DNA of 63,635 nucleotides, the filler included, from Reclinomonas americana ATCC 50394 (Eukaryota): NCBI GenBank assembly GCA_048213135.1. It is 15 parts of 14 records of this genome, joined end to end, with 100 filler letters (N's around TTAATTAATTAA, not from the genome) between each part and the next. Parts side by side here need not be neighbours in the genome. Positions count along the whole stretch, not along the records: positions 17,394 to 25,988 come from PS016054.1; positions 26,089 to 32,084 come from PS016055.1; positions 32,185 to 40,372 come from PS016056.1; 12 more parts are not named here. One strand, 5' to 3'. The notes below the pieces were generated by a model, which was given only the letters and a program-made list of their open reading frames with translations, did no database searches and had not been told where the DNA came from. This document shows positions 25,301-38,042 of this stretch, piece after piece (position 1 is the stretch's first letter; each line of letters starts with the position of its first letter). Made by a program: the position numbers and the translations under genes.

Positions 25301-28300
25301 CACTCGGCAATCGGCTGCACCGCCGTCGGCGCCACCGCGCACGACAGACCGCGGAAACCGGGGAAGCAAGTGCATTGACCGATCAGCGTGTTGCACAGGC
25401 CATGACCACTGCAGTCGCTCGGGCACGGCACTGGTGCAGGGGAAAGAGAACGGTGAGCAGACAAGAAAAAGCACGTGAGGAGGTGAAGGCACTCACCGAC
25501 GCAGCGCTTGTCGGCACGGGTGGCCGCCGCCTCGTTGCCGTCCAGGGCCCAGGTGACAGAGTCGACAAACGGAGCACGGAGCACCGAGCGCTGGCGCCCA
25601 ACGTCGAACTTACTGAGCAGCGTCACCGGGGACGACGCGCCAATGAGGAAGTTGGTCTCGTCGTTCGGCGCAATCGTCTTGACCACCGTCGTTGGGTTCG
25701 CGTAGCCAAACACAGCCGTGAGCGCACCGGCGGCGTTCTCCTGCACGCACTCCAGCACCGGCACCAGTGATGCAGGCGCCGACTCGCAAGCGTCGCCAAA
25801 GTAGCCGTCGGCGCAGTTGCACTGGCCGCGCAGGGTGTTGCACGAGCCGTGGCCGTTGCACTCGAGCTCCTCGTCGGACACGACGACGGTCGGGCACGAC
25901 TGGGTGGTCTCCGGGAAGCCGCAGACGGTGCACGATTCTGAGGGGGGAGTGGGAGGGGAAGGGATGAGAAAAGGGAAAAGGGAAAAGGNNNNNNNNNNNN
26001 NNNNNNNNNNNNNNNNNNNNNNNNNNNNNNNNTTAATTAATTAANNNNNNNNNNNNNNNNNNNNNNNNNNNNNNNNNNNNNNNNNNNNAAAATGAAAAAG
26101 AGAGAAAGAGATGCTGTCTTCCCTTCTTACCCTTCTTGCCCTCTCTCACCCTCCCTTCCCCCTCTGCCCCCTCTCACCCTCCCTTTCCCTTCTGCCCCTC
26201 TCGACTCACCGTCACACGAGGGGCTATCCGTCGCCGCGCGCACCACCTGACTGCCAATCTTCCACGACACACTCTGCGTAAAGGCCACCTGCACGGCACC
26301 AAAGACACGCGCACCGGCAACCGAGCGGCTGCTAAACACCGACGGCTGCGTCTGCGCCTCCAGCGGAGTGACTCCGTCCGAGCTCAGCAGCACATTGGCC
26401 GCGGTGCCGGCCGGCAGCACCACATTCACCGCGTTGGAGTTGATGTAGCCGAAAATGGCAAAGTAGCTGTCGACTTCGGCGTCGAATCGCACGCAATCCA
26501 GCTGTGGCACAACAGGCGCATCCGCCACACTGCAGTCCTCGCCACCAAAGCCCTGATCGCACTCGCACACGCCGGCGACGCACTCGCCGCGACCACTGCA
26601 GCTGTTGGGGCACGGCGCCTGGCACACTGGCGACTCGTCGCTGGCCACCGCCGACAAGGTGAACAGACGCCACGCCGTCATGCCGTCCGACGTGCTCGGA
26701 GCCACACGGGCCTCAAAGGCGTAGCTAAAGGTGCCCGGATAGAAGGTGATGGGCTGTGCGCGCGACTGCGGTGACGGCAGGAACTGGTTGTTGTCGCCGA
26801 CTGGGATGGTGCGCGACACCGGGTTGGGGTTGCGGTAGCCGAAGCGAGCCACGCGGCCGAGCTCGGCGTCGTCGCGCACGCACTGCAGCGTCGGCACCAC
26901 GTCGGCCAGCACCTTGCTGCAGTCGTCGCCAAAGTAGGGATCCTTGCACTCGCACTCGCCATACAGCGAGTTGCACGAGCCGTGCGCCGCATCGGTGCAC
27001 CCGTTGGGGCACGTGCGCACACAGCGCGCGGCATTCAGCGTTGCCGTGGCCGTCAGTGAGCCCACTGTCCACGTGAGATCGCTGACTGGGTTGTACGGCA
27101 CACGGAACACCTGGTGGTGCTCGCCCGCCAAGAACAGGTCGGGCTGGCCGCGATTCACCGTGCCCGGCGAGAAGAAATTGTCGCCTGCCGTCTGGTGAAT
27201 ACCACGAGTCTCCGTCGACGGGTTCGAGTAGCCAAACACGGCGGTGAGGGCGCCAGAGCGCGACTCCTCGAGGCACTCAAACACAGGCACAATCGGACCG
27301 ACGGCCACACTGCACGTGTCGCCGGAGAAACCCGTCGAGCAAGAGCACCGTCCAACCGTCTGATCGCACACACCGTGGTCGCCGCAGTCCTTTGCACACG
27401 GGTACAGGCAGCGCGGCGAGTCGGCCGAGGCCGTCAGTGCCGGCGAGTCGTCCAGCGTCCAGCTCACACGCGAGTCGGCGCTGAACGGCACCTGGAACAC
27501 GAAGCGGCGGCGGCCAGTGAAGAAGTTGACCGGCTGACCGGCATTGACCGAGTCCGCGCCGTCCACCTGGTTGCGGGTGCCGACGGCAATGGAGCGCGGA
27601 TACTGATTGCTGTTGACGTAGCCAAAGTGCGCCACCAGCTGGCCGGCATTCGCCTGGTCGACCGACACGCACTCGAGAATCGGCTGCACCGTCTGCAGAT
27701 CGATGCGCGAGCAATCGGCACCCGTCCAGCCCTTGTCGCACGCGCACTTCAGCGTCGAGTAGCTGCACGAGCCGTGGTCGCTGCAGAGCGAGCGCGGGCA
27801 CTGAGCGGGGCACGTGACGGTGAAATCGGACGACGAGGTGGCCTGGAAGTTGTCGATGCGCCACGACAGCGACGAGTCGGCATCGTGCTCCGTGAGGAAC
27901 ACGGTCGGGTGGCTGCCGGGCTTGAACGACGTCGGTTGACCGAGGTCTGTGTGGAACGGGGAATGAGAAAAGAGACGCGTGGGGAAAAAGAGAGAAGAAT
28001 GGGAATGCACACAAACCAGCATCGCCCGGAGAAAACTGGTTGTCGTTCTCGCCAATCTGCACCGTGCGCGTCACCACATTCTCGCTGTCGTAGCCCCACA
28101 CCGAGATCAGTGTGTTGGTCGTGGTGTTGACGAGGTTGCAGTTGAGACGCGGGCGCACAGGTGCCGTCGGCTGGCTGCAATCCAAGCCGCCAAAGCCCAC
28201 GTTGCACTGGCACGAGCCGGCCACGCACGATCCGCGCAGCGAGCAGTCATTGGCACACGTCGATGCCAGCAGCGACACGTCGTGGCTGCCGCCGGTGAAA

Positions 28301-29256
28301 GCCAGGCCAAACGAGTCGGATGCCACCGCGCTGCCGGCCGACGCGCCGCCAAAGAGCGACACGAAAATGCCATTGGCGGCGGAGCGATCGGGCAGCGAGC
28401 GGCTGCTCGGCACCAGCTGCGAGCAGTCGGCGCCCGTGTAGTTGGTGAAGCACTGGCACACGCCGGAGACGCAGAATCCCTGTCCCGAGCAGCTGTTCGG
28501 GCAGGTGGTGCTCTTGCAAAAGTTGGTCGACGGGGGTGGGGAGAGGGTGCCAATGAAGCGCAGGCCGTCGGAGAAGATGGCGAGCGAGGAGCCGGTGGAG
28601 TTGAGCTGCGCGGCGAAAGGGAAGGGGGTTAAGGGGAAGGGGATGAAAGGAAAAGGGATGGAAGGAGAAGGGACGGAAAGGAGGAAGGGATGGAAGGAGA
28701 AGGGATGGAAGGAGAAGGGATGAGGTGAGGAAGGGATGAAAAACGAGGAAGGGATGAAGTGAGGAAGGGACAAGGAAGGGATAAGATGAGGGATGATGGG
28801 GAAGGGGGAAGGATGGAGAGAGAAGAGGAACGAGAGCTGGAAGCAATGCAAGGGCTACAGAATTACGAGATGATGAGAGACAACAAACGAGTGAGATAGA
28901 GTCAGAGCGACATGACAGGGCGACGAGAGACAGACTAAGCAAACGAAAACAGAAAAATAGAATACAGAGACGCAGTTGGGAGCAACAGGCACATTGCGGA
29001 TGAGTAAAAAACAATAGGCAGGAGGGGGAAGCAAATGAGCGCAACAGTGCGAGCAACGTGAGCAACACAGAGCATGCTGACGGACCAGAGAAAGAGTGGG
29101 AAACGAGAGAGAGAGAGAGGAGAAATCACAATCGGGAGCACAAGGCACAGGGCAGAATAGTGAAAACAACAGGAAGGAGGGCGAAGCAAATGAGTGAAGC
29201 AGTGTGACCAAGGTGAGGAGCAACGAGCACGCTGACAGACGAGAAAAAGAGTGGGA

Positions 29257-29297
<41 letters not shown>

Positions 29298-32200
29298 ACA
29301 TTCCCTTTCCCAAACACAAACCTGCTTGAGTGCCCACTTGTCGACCGTCAACTCGTCAAACGTGGTGTCACACGGAGTGTTGATCAGCGTGCGCGTGCGG
29401 TTCAGCAACGTCTCCGTGTCGACCAGGCGCCGGGTGATGCGAGTGGTCTCGGTGGTGTACTGCGACGACAGTGTCGTCCAGGTCGAGTTGAGCATGTTGA
29501 CCAGAGTCGTGGTGGTGCTGATCGAGGTCTCCAGCGTCGTGACACTCGTGGTGAGGTCGATGAAAGTCGAGTTCAGCGAGGTGACGTTGGTGCGCAGAGC
29601 GGCGATCTTGGGCGCACAGCACGACGACGCATCGTCGGCCAGCGTGGCAAAACCGCCACGCACCGCCGAGGTCGTGACGCGTGGCTTGGCGTTGTTGGCG
29701 TACAAGGCCAGCGAGCGGAATTCGGCGGCCGAGATGGTGGTGAAGCCGGAGCCGCTCGAGCGCGGATCGCTGTCGTTGTTGATGTTGCCCAGGGCCAGCG
29801 AGCCCTCACCGACCATCACACCCGACGTCGGACGGAAACGCCAGTCGAGGTTGGCGGGTTCGTCGGCCGAGGTCGAGTTGGAGCGGGTGAGGCGGCCGAG
29901 AATGATCTCGCCGTCGTGGTTCTCCACGTACAGTCCGCGGTCGGTGCCGTTGAAGCGCGCGCCAATGGCGGTGAAGATGAGAGTGGGTTGGTTGAGTTGC
30001 AGCTGCAATAGGGAAAGGGAAGTGGGGTGAGCGAAGGGAGAAGGATGGGGGAAGGAAAGGGGAAGGAAAGGGGAAGGAAAGGGGAAGGAGAGGGGAAGGA
30101 AAGGGGAAGGAAAGGGGAAGAGTGGGAAAGAGTGTGGGGAAAGAGTGTGGGGAAAGAGTGTGGGGGAAGAGTGTGGGGGAAGAGTGTGGGGGAAGAGTGT
30201 GGGTGAAAAGTGTGGGTGAAGAGTGGTGAAGGGCGCATATCAACAAGATGCACAATAGCAACGAAGCACAAAGCACAGTGACGATGATCAGTGAAGAAAG
30301 CAAAGATTGGTGACACACACAGCACAAGAGAATTGCAACGCAAAGGCCTTCTCTTACATCAACCCGCTCCCTCTTCCGCCCATCTCCGCAACGCAACTCC
30401 AGTGAATGGCGACAGAGCGAAAATCGACGACGAGTTGCCGTTGAGCTCCGTCGACAAGGCAGTGAGCTGCAGCTGGTCGCTCACTGGGCGCAAGAAGAAT
30501 TCGTCAGTGAAAAAGTGAAAGAGACAAGAAACAAGAATGCTGACGACGCACAATTCTTCTCAAACGTGTAGTTGATGTTGGGATCGGAGAAACCGCCACC
30601 AGCAGCTCTGGTATCGCGCGTCGTGTACGAAGAATGCGTGTCACCATCATCCACGGATAGATACTTGCCGCGTTTCGGAGGACCTGCAGTGACAAGTGGT
30701 TGATAAATGGCTGAAGCTCTCGCGCAGAACGAAAACCAGTACCTTGATTGATGGGCACTTCGGGCTGCCAACTCATTCGCGATGTACTGATCATGTTTGC
30801 CGATTGTATCATCGGAGCGTCGATACCGTTGGAGCCCATAATCTGCAAGGCATAAGTGAGTGTGGCTGAAAAGAGGGAAGGGGAATACAAACATAAACGC
30901 ACCATCAAATTGTCGTTGGTGGTCCAGTTGCCACGGAGCGGCCAGTACGCCCACAGGAACTGCAGGCCGATAAAGATGACCACAATGGCCACCACAATCC
31001 ACATGGCAATCCAGATGCCACGGCGGCAGCACTGCGCGGAGGACGAGATGAGCACGAAGTAGGAGGGAGGGAGAGAGAGAAGGAGAGAAAGAGGGAGAAG
31101 GGGTTGTGAGAGAGAAGGAGAGAGAGAGACACACAGATACACACGCACACATACACAGAGAAAGAGAGAGAGAGAAAGAGAAAGAGAGAGAGGGAGAGAA
31201 AGAGAGAGAAAGACAGTACTGAATTAAAAAGACTCGCCTTCTGGCGGAATGGCTCGGCATCGACGTGAGTCTTGTGGTGGTCCATGAAGTGGATCTCACG
31301 ACGCGTGTCGTGCTGCGAGAACGAGCGCTGGCCAAAGAGGACGCGAAGACGGTGCTTCTCGGCATCGCGAATGCCTGTGATGTGGAGGTGTGAGGATAGT
31401 GGGGAGGAGAGGAGAGAGGGAAGGACTGCTCACCAGGAATGTCGCTCTGCGCCGAGTGGTAGCTGCCTTCGTCCTCGCGACGAGGAGTCGAGTCGAAGCG
31501 AACCTCTCCGCGGGTGGCGAAGCTGATGACCATGTGGGGTGAGCTTCCAGGAATCGGAATGACAGAATCAGAGGGAAGACTCACCGTGCACTGTCGGGGA
31601 ACTCGAGCGTGGTCTGCGGCGGCTCAGTGCGTGCACTCTCCGGGAACTCAATGGTGGTCGTCGGCAACTGTTGCAGCTGGCGACGGTCGGTCTTGGGGGT
31701 GGCGGGGAACTCAATGTCGGTGGCCGACTTTTCGAAGTCCTCGCCGGCCTTGCGTGCCTCGGCGAGGTAGTCGAGGGGGCCGCGGGGGGTTCTGAGAAGG
31801 GGGCAGAAGGGGAAGGGTGAGGGGAAGGGTGAGGGGATGGGTGAGGGGAAAAGGGGGAGGGTGAGGGGGAAGGGTGACGGGATGGGGGAGAGTGAATGGT
31901 GGGGAGTGAAAGAGGGAGTGAAAGAGGGAGTGAAAGGGGGAGTGAAAGGGGGAGTGAAAGGGGGAGTGAATGGTGGGGAGTGAAAGAGGGAGTGAAGGGG
32001 GGAGTGGAAGGGGAGTGGAAGGGGGAGTGGAAGGGGGAGTGGAAGGGGGAGTGGAAGGGGGAGTGGAAGGGGGAGTGGAAGGGGNNNNNNNNNNNNNNNN
32101 NNNNNNNNNNNNNNNNNNNNNNNNNNNNTTAATTAATTAANNNNNNNNNNNNNNNNNNNNNNNNNNNNNNNNNNNNNNNNNNNNAAGTCACCCGACACGC

Positions 32201-35200
32201 CCGACATGCCCGACAGCGTGGGCTCGGGGGTGATGCCGGCGTCGGAGATCTGTGCAATGGGAGGGATGGAGTGAGGCGCATACTCGAAAAGAGGGACGAC
32301 GACGACGACGACGACGCAACGGTGGATTCACGCTCCATCTCGGCTCCAAAGCGCGCCAGTACCAGCTGTGCGTCGGGAGCAATGCCGGAAAAGTCGCTCA
32401 GCTCGCGGCGAGTTCCGCGAGTGCCGCCCGGTTGCTGGGGGAGGGGGGAGGGTGAGTAAGGGAAAGGAGAGGGAAGGGAGAGGGAAGGGTGAGGGAGGGG
32501 GAGAGGGAAGGGAGAGGGAGGGGGAGAGGGAAGGGAGACGGAGACGGAGAGGGAAGGAAGAGGGAAAGGGAGGGGAGAAGGGAGAGGGAAGGGAGAGGGA
32601 AGGGAGAGGGAGGGGAGAGGAGAGGAGAGGGAGAGGGAAGATAGGGTGAATTACGGGAAGGATGGTGTGAACGGTGACACGACAGAGATGCGCAGAACGA
32701 CACGAACAAGGGCTCAGTAATGAGTGGAACCAAGACAGCAGGTACACGTGACGAGGGGAGACTTAGGAGTGCACGGATGCGAAAAATCGATGAAGGCACA
32801 GAAGTGAGAACTCAATACAAGTGTCAACAAAAAATGCGAGAAGGACGCAGGAGTGAGTGGCTCCGAAAGATTTGACACACGATCAGCTGAAGTGAAGAAA
32901 GAGAGGAGGAACGTGCAGAACGATAAGCGAGCAAAGGCCGCAAGTGTGAGAAGAGCCAAGAGAATTGAACGAGTGTGCAGAGAATGCAGAGTGAAACAGA
33001 AATAAAGAAGTGGGCTGAGAAAAGAAGAATGCAAGTAGCAGAATGACACACAAATCAATGTACGAGCACACAAATGAAAGTGCAGTAAGTGCAGAATCAC
33101 ACAAATGAGGGAATGGGCTGAGTGCGTGACTCCAGCGGAAAGAATACAGAATATGTGGAGTGAGAGAAGAGCAAAAAAATACAGCGGAAAAGGTGTGCAA
33201 AAACTGAATAGAAATCAGTAATGTGTTCGAAATTCTTCGCTGCACAGACAAGCAATGAAAGCAACGCTGCAGAGTAATGCTCACAGCTTCCCAGTCAGCT
33301 GTCCCCCTGTCCTCTCTCTCCCCACTCCTCCCCAAGAAACGTCGCACTCACCTCACTGAGGAACCGCGCCGAAGCCGACGTCGAGTCTCCCGTGGCCGTC
33401 AGCAGCGACGAGGAGGACGCGCCTGCCGCGTCCGCTGCCGCCAAAGCCTGTCCTGCGGCCGCAGAGGATGCGCTCGAGGGAGAAGTCGGCGGAGAGCTTC
33501 CGACTGTGAATGGTGGAGCGCGCAGAGACATGTGCGATTCAGTTGATCGGCGTCAACACGGCGTTGTTGCTTGTGTGTATGTGTGCCGCACAATAACAAA
33601 GTCTAACCACACACTCACTCACTGAATCACTCAAAGAGAAACCAATCACAAAACCAAATGCACTCTCTCTCTCTCTTTCTCTGTGTGTCTGTGTGTCTTT
33701 ATGTCTGTCTCTCAGAGTCTATGCAGCACGGTGGTTTCCTTCCGACCCCTCACACGCACTGCTCTCTGAAACAGATGGTGCGTCTGAATGTGATTACGGA
33801 CAAAAAACCAACGGAAATACTCCAAATATGGAAATCAGGAGGACGCGGGACGCTGTGAAGTAAAAAAGGGCGGAAGGGAGGGAGGAGAGGGAAGGGGAAG
33901 GGGAAGGGGAAGGGGAAAGAAAGACTGACTAGATTTATAAAGAGAAAATTGAGGCAACGACGATGCAAGGAGAGATTGAGAAAAATAGAGAAATTGACAC
34001 ACAGAGAAGTTGATTGGAGGGAGGAGGTGAGCGGAGGGTAGAAAAGTAACGGGGTGAGAGCGCAGAGAGCGCGAGAAACTGAAAAGAGAAATGCAAAGAG
34101 GTGACGGGAAGCAACGTGAACAAGGTGAAACTGCAAGAAGCGCAGAAAAGGCAAAGAGGAATGGAAACAAAGAACAGAGAGTCAGAGCGCGAGAGAACAA
34201 GAGAAGGCAGAAGGAGAACAAAATCGAAAAGTGGAAGCAGAAGAAACATGAGGAGGAGCAGAAAGCACTGGAAACGAGATGAGAGGAGAACAACGAGAGA
34301 ACAAAAGCAATGAATTAAAATAAGAAAGAAGAGGCGGAGGGGAAAGCGAGGCAACAGCACGATCTGAAGAGCGCGAGAGCGGCAAAAATGGCCCAGTAGA
34401 TGGAGACGCAGACTCTCGTGAAACTGCCTCACGTTCCTCTCCTTTCCCTGCTTCCTCGTCTCATTTCTCTGCTTCTCTTCTCCTTCCCCTGCTTCCTCTT
34501 CTCGTTTCTCTCACTCCTTCTTCTCCTTTCTGTGCTCCCTCCTCTCCTTTCTCTGCTCCGTCTCTCTCCTTTCTCTATTCTCGCGTCCCCCCTCATTGCC
34601 CCTCTTCTCCTTTCTCTGCTCCTTCTTCTCCTTTCTCTGCTTCCTCCTCTCCTCTCTTTGTCCCTCTTCTCCTTTCCCTGCTTCCTCTTCTCCTTTCTCT
34701 GCTCCGTGTTCTCCTTCCTCTGCTCCGTCTTCTCCTTTCTCTGCTCCGTCTTCTCCTTTCTCCCTTCCCCCTCCCCGCCACTCACCCACTGGCCTCGGTT
34801 GCACCACCTGCTGCGGCGGCGCATTGCCAAGCAGCGCTGGACGCGGTCGCGGGGGCTTTTGCGGCTGCGTCGAGTGCGTAATGACGTGCGCCGTGGGCAC
34901 GGCGCTGTCCGACGACTCGACCAGTGTCGGCGGCGACGAGGAGGACGGGTTGGGTGGCGTGAACTGCGGTTGCGCCGCGGCACCCGTGGCGGAGCCTTCG
35001 TCGGAGGGCGGGGTGGTGCGAATGGGGAAGCCGATCGAGCCCACCTCGCTCGTGTCCTCCGGGGGCTCTGTGTTGAAAAGCAAGAGGTGTTTAGCAGAAA
35101 AGAGGAGGAGGATGGTTCGTGAGTGGAGAGAGTGGGCGCAACGAAGTGCGGCGGCACCGTGATGCACGGCGGGTGCCAGCGACAGATCGCTGCGCTCCGC

Positions 35201-37254
35201 AAAGGAGCCGAGTGAACCGCCGCGGCTGCTGCTCGAGCGACTGCCAGGCAGCGAGTGCGGGGCAAACGGGCGCAGGGTGGAGCCGACGCCGGCAGTGGGA
35301 GCCACCAGCACGTCGGGCGATGGCGCATTCACCACGGGCGTGCCGAGACTGCGTGACGAGTTGCGTGCGCTGCTGCTCTGCAGCGAACCGACGACTGCGA
35401 CGATGGGGGGAGTGAGGGTGAAGTTGTGGAGAAGGGAAGGGGGGAAGAGACGCACTACTTTGCTCGCGGAACGTGCCGCCTTCGGATCCGGGAGGAGAGG
35501 GATCCTGGTCGCGGGCCATCCATGGCGCCTCGCGCTCCGAGGACATCTACAAGGGGGGAGGGTGGGTAAAGGAGAAGAGGGAGGTGCAACACGACAATGA
35601 ATCAGGTCACTCAGAAGGCACAGGAGGCTGCAAATCCACAGTGGATTTGAAGAACAATGCACAGAGTGCAAAGAGAAAGCCCAGAGTGAAAAGATTAACC
35701 CAGCACGCCGAGGAATCACAGTGGCGTTGAAACAGAAAAGACCCAGCACGCCGAGGATTCACGGTGGCGGGCAGAGACGATAACAGATTGACAGGGTGGA
35801 GAGACACATTGACACAAGAGTGGAAAGAGAACTCCGTGGCAAGGCACAGAGACTCACGGCGGTGGTGAGCACAGTCAACGACACACAGTGCAAGAGAAAA
35901 CATAGTGACACGAGAAATCCACCACACGCATGTAAGCGCAGAGCTGAATGACACGTCGATAACAGAACGCAGAGACAGCGTGGAACGAGAAACCCAGCAC
36001 GCCGAGCCATGCAAACGCATGGAGTGCAATGTCACGACACGCGAGATCGCGAGTGGACATTCCTTCTCACTCCCCGTCCCTTTTCCCACACACGCACACA
36101 AACCTGAATGCTGCTGCTGACTTGACGCATCCACTGCTGCACAAGCTCCGCGTCACCGCTGTGGTCGGCAAAGACGGTCTCCTCGGGCGGTCGCGCCGTA
36201 ATGACAGCAAAGCCAGTGCTCTTGGGTCCGGCAAACACCGGGCGCACCGAGGCGTTGCGCAGCAACAGGCGCTTCTTCAGCGTGCCTTGCAGGTCGGAGT
36301 AGATCAGCAGGTGGTGGCCCTGCAGCATCACAAAGACGCGCTCGCCGTCGCCGCCTGTTGTTCGTCGACAGGGTGGTGAGGTGTGTGGGAAAGGGGAAGA
36401 ATGAAGGGTCAGATGCACGCAACGGCCCATGTTGAGGTAGCCAGCAAAGGCCGGAGGTGGAAGATCGCCGAGCGGGTGGGTTGACTGCGTAGAATAAGTG
36501 CATGAGCGGGGTGGGGGAAGGGAAAGCACAGCAAAAACGGTGGAGAGGAAGCGCACGGTGCAAGCAAGTACGACACTCAAAAGCAGAGAGCGGAAAATGA
36601 AGCGAATATCAAGGGGAAATGTTGCTGCTGAGCGCAAGAGAGCGAGAGAGAGAGAGAGATAGAGAGAGAGAGAGGAGGGAGGAAGAGGGAGAGACAGACA
36701 GAGAGAGCGCGAGATCGCCGCAGTGACTGCAGCAGAGCGCAGAGAAGCACGAGGGATTATCAATGAAGCAGAGAGAAAGAGGCGCTGAGTGCAAGAGCGT
36801 GAGGTATTCAGCGTCAGAGAATGTGACACAGAGAGTGAAATAGATGGCCACTGAGTGAAGCGAAAGGTTGCTGTGATAGCGTACGACACAAAGCCGAACA
36901 GATTGCAAGAGAAAGAGCTGGTGAGGGGAGAGAGAGAGAGCGAGAGAGAGAGAGACTCGACAAAGAGAATGCCAAACAGAGAGAAAGAGAGACGGAGCCA
37001 GAGGCAGAGACGCCACTGAGGGAAGCGATAAACAATAGGAAAATGACCGCCGAAGTGACAGTGAACACGAAACAAAGCCGAACAGATTGCAGGAGAAGAG
37101 AAGCTGCTGAACAAAAGAGGGAGAGAGATTGTGTGATGAAGACGGCGGCAGAGAGAGACGGAGACAGCGGCAGAGACGACCACTGAAGAATATGCCGACT
37201 TGACGGTGAACACGACAATGCGGAACAGAATGCAAGAGAAGAAAAGCCGCTGAG

Positions 37255-37332
<78 letters not shown>

Positions 37333-37999
37333 CGAGACGAGACGACGACGACGACGTACGTACGTACGTAACGAACGTACGTACGTACGAACGAACGAAC
37401 GAACGAACGAACGAGACGACGACGACGAGTAGAGNNNNNNNNNNNNNNNNNNNNNNNNNNNNNNNNNNNNNNNNNNNNNNNNNNNNNNNNNNNNNNNNNN
37501 NNNNNNNNNNNNNNNNNNNNNNNNNNNNNNNNNNNNNNNNNNNNNNNNNNNNNNNNNNNNNNNNNNNNNNNNNNNNNNNNNNNNNNNNNNNNNNNNNNNN
37601 NNNNNNNNNNNNNNNNNNNNNNNNNNNNNNNNNNNNNNNNNNNNNNNNNNNNNNNNNNNNNNNNNNNNNNNNNNNNNNNNNNNNNNNNNNNNNNNNNNNN
37701 NNNNNNNNNNNNNNNNNNNNNNNNNNNNNNNNNNNNNNNNNNNNNNNNNNNNNNNNNNNNNNNNNNNNNNNNNNNNNNNNNNNNNNNNNNNNNNNNNNNN
37801 NNNNNNNNNNNNNNNNNNNNNNNNNNNNNNNNNNNNNNNNNNNNNNNNNNNNNNNNNNNNNNNNNNNNNNNNNNNNNNNNNNNNNNNNNNNNNNNNNNNN
37901 NNNNNNNNNNNNNNNNNNNNNNNTAGAGTACGGTAGGTGTTCGTTCGTCGTCGTCGTCCGTCGTACGTACCGTACCGTACCGTCCGTCGTACGTACGAC

Positions 38000-38042
<43 letters not shown>

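Noticed and set aside
37330..38005. ACGT/TACG/GAC-rich runs next to gaps (also ~2440-2555 and 63556-63635)
   Set aside because: They follow (GA)n tracts at contig ends and resemble pyrosequencing flow-order noise. I treated them as low-quality sequence.
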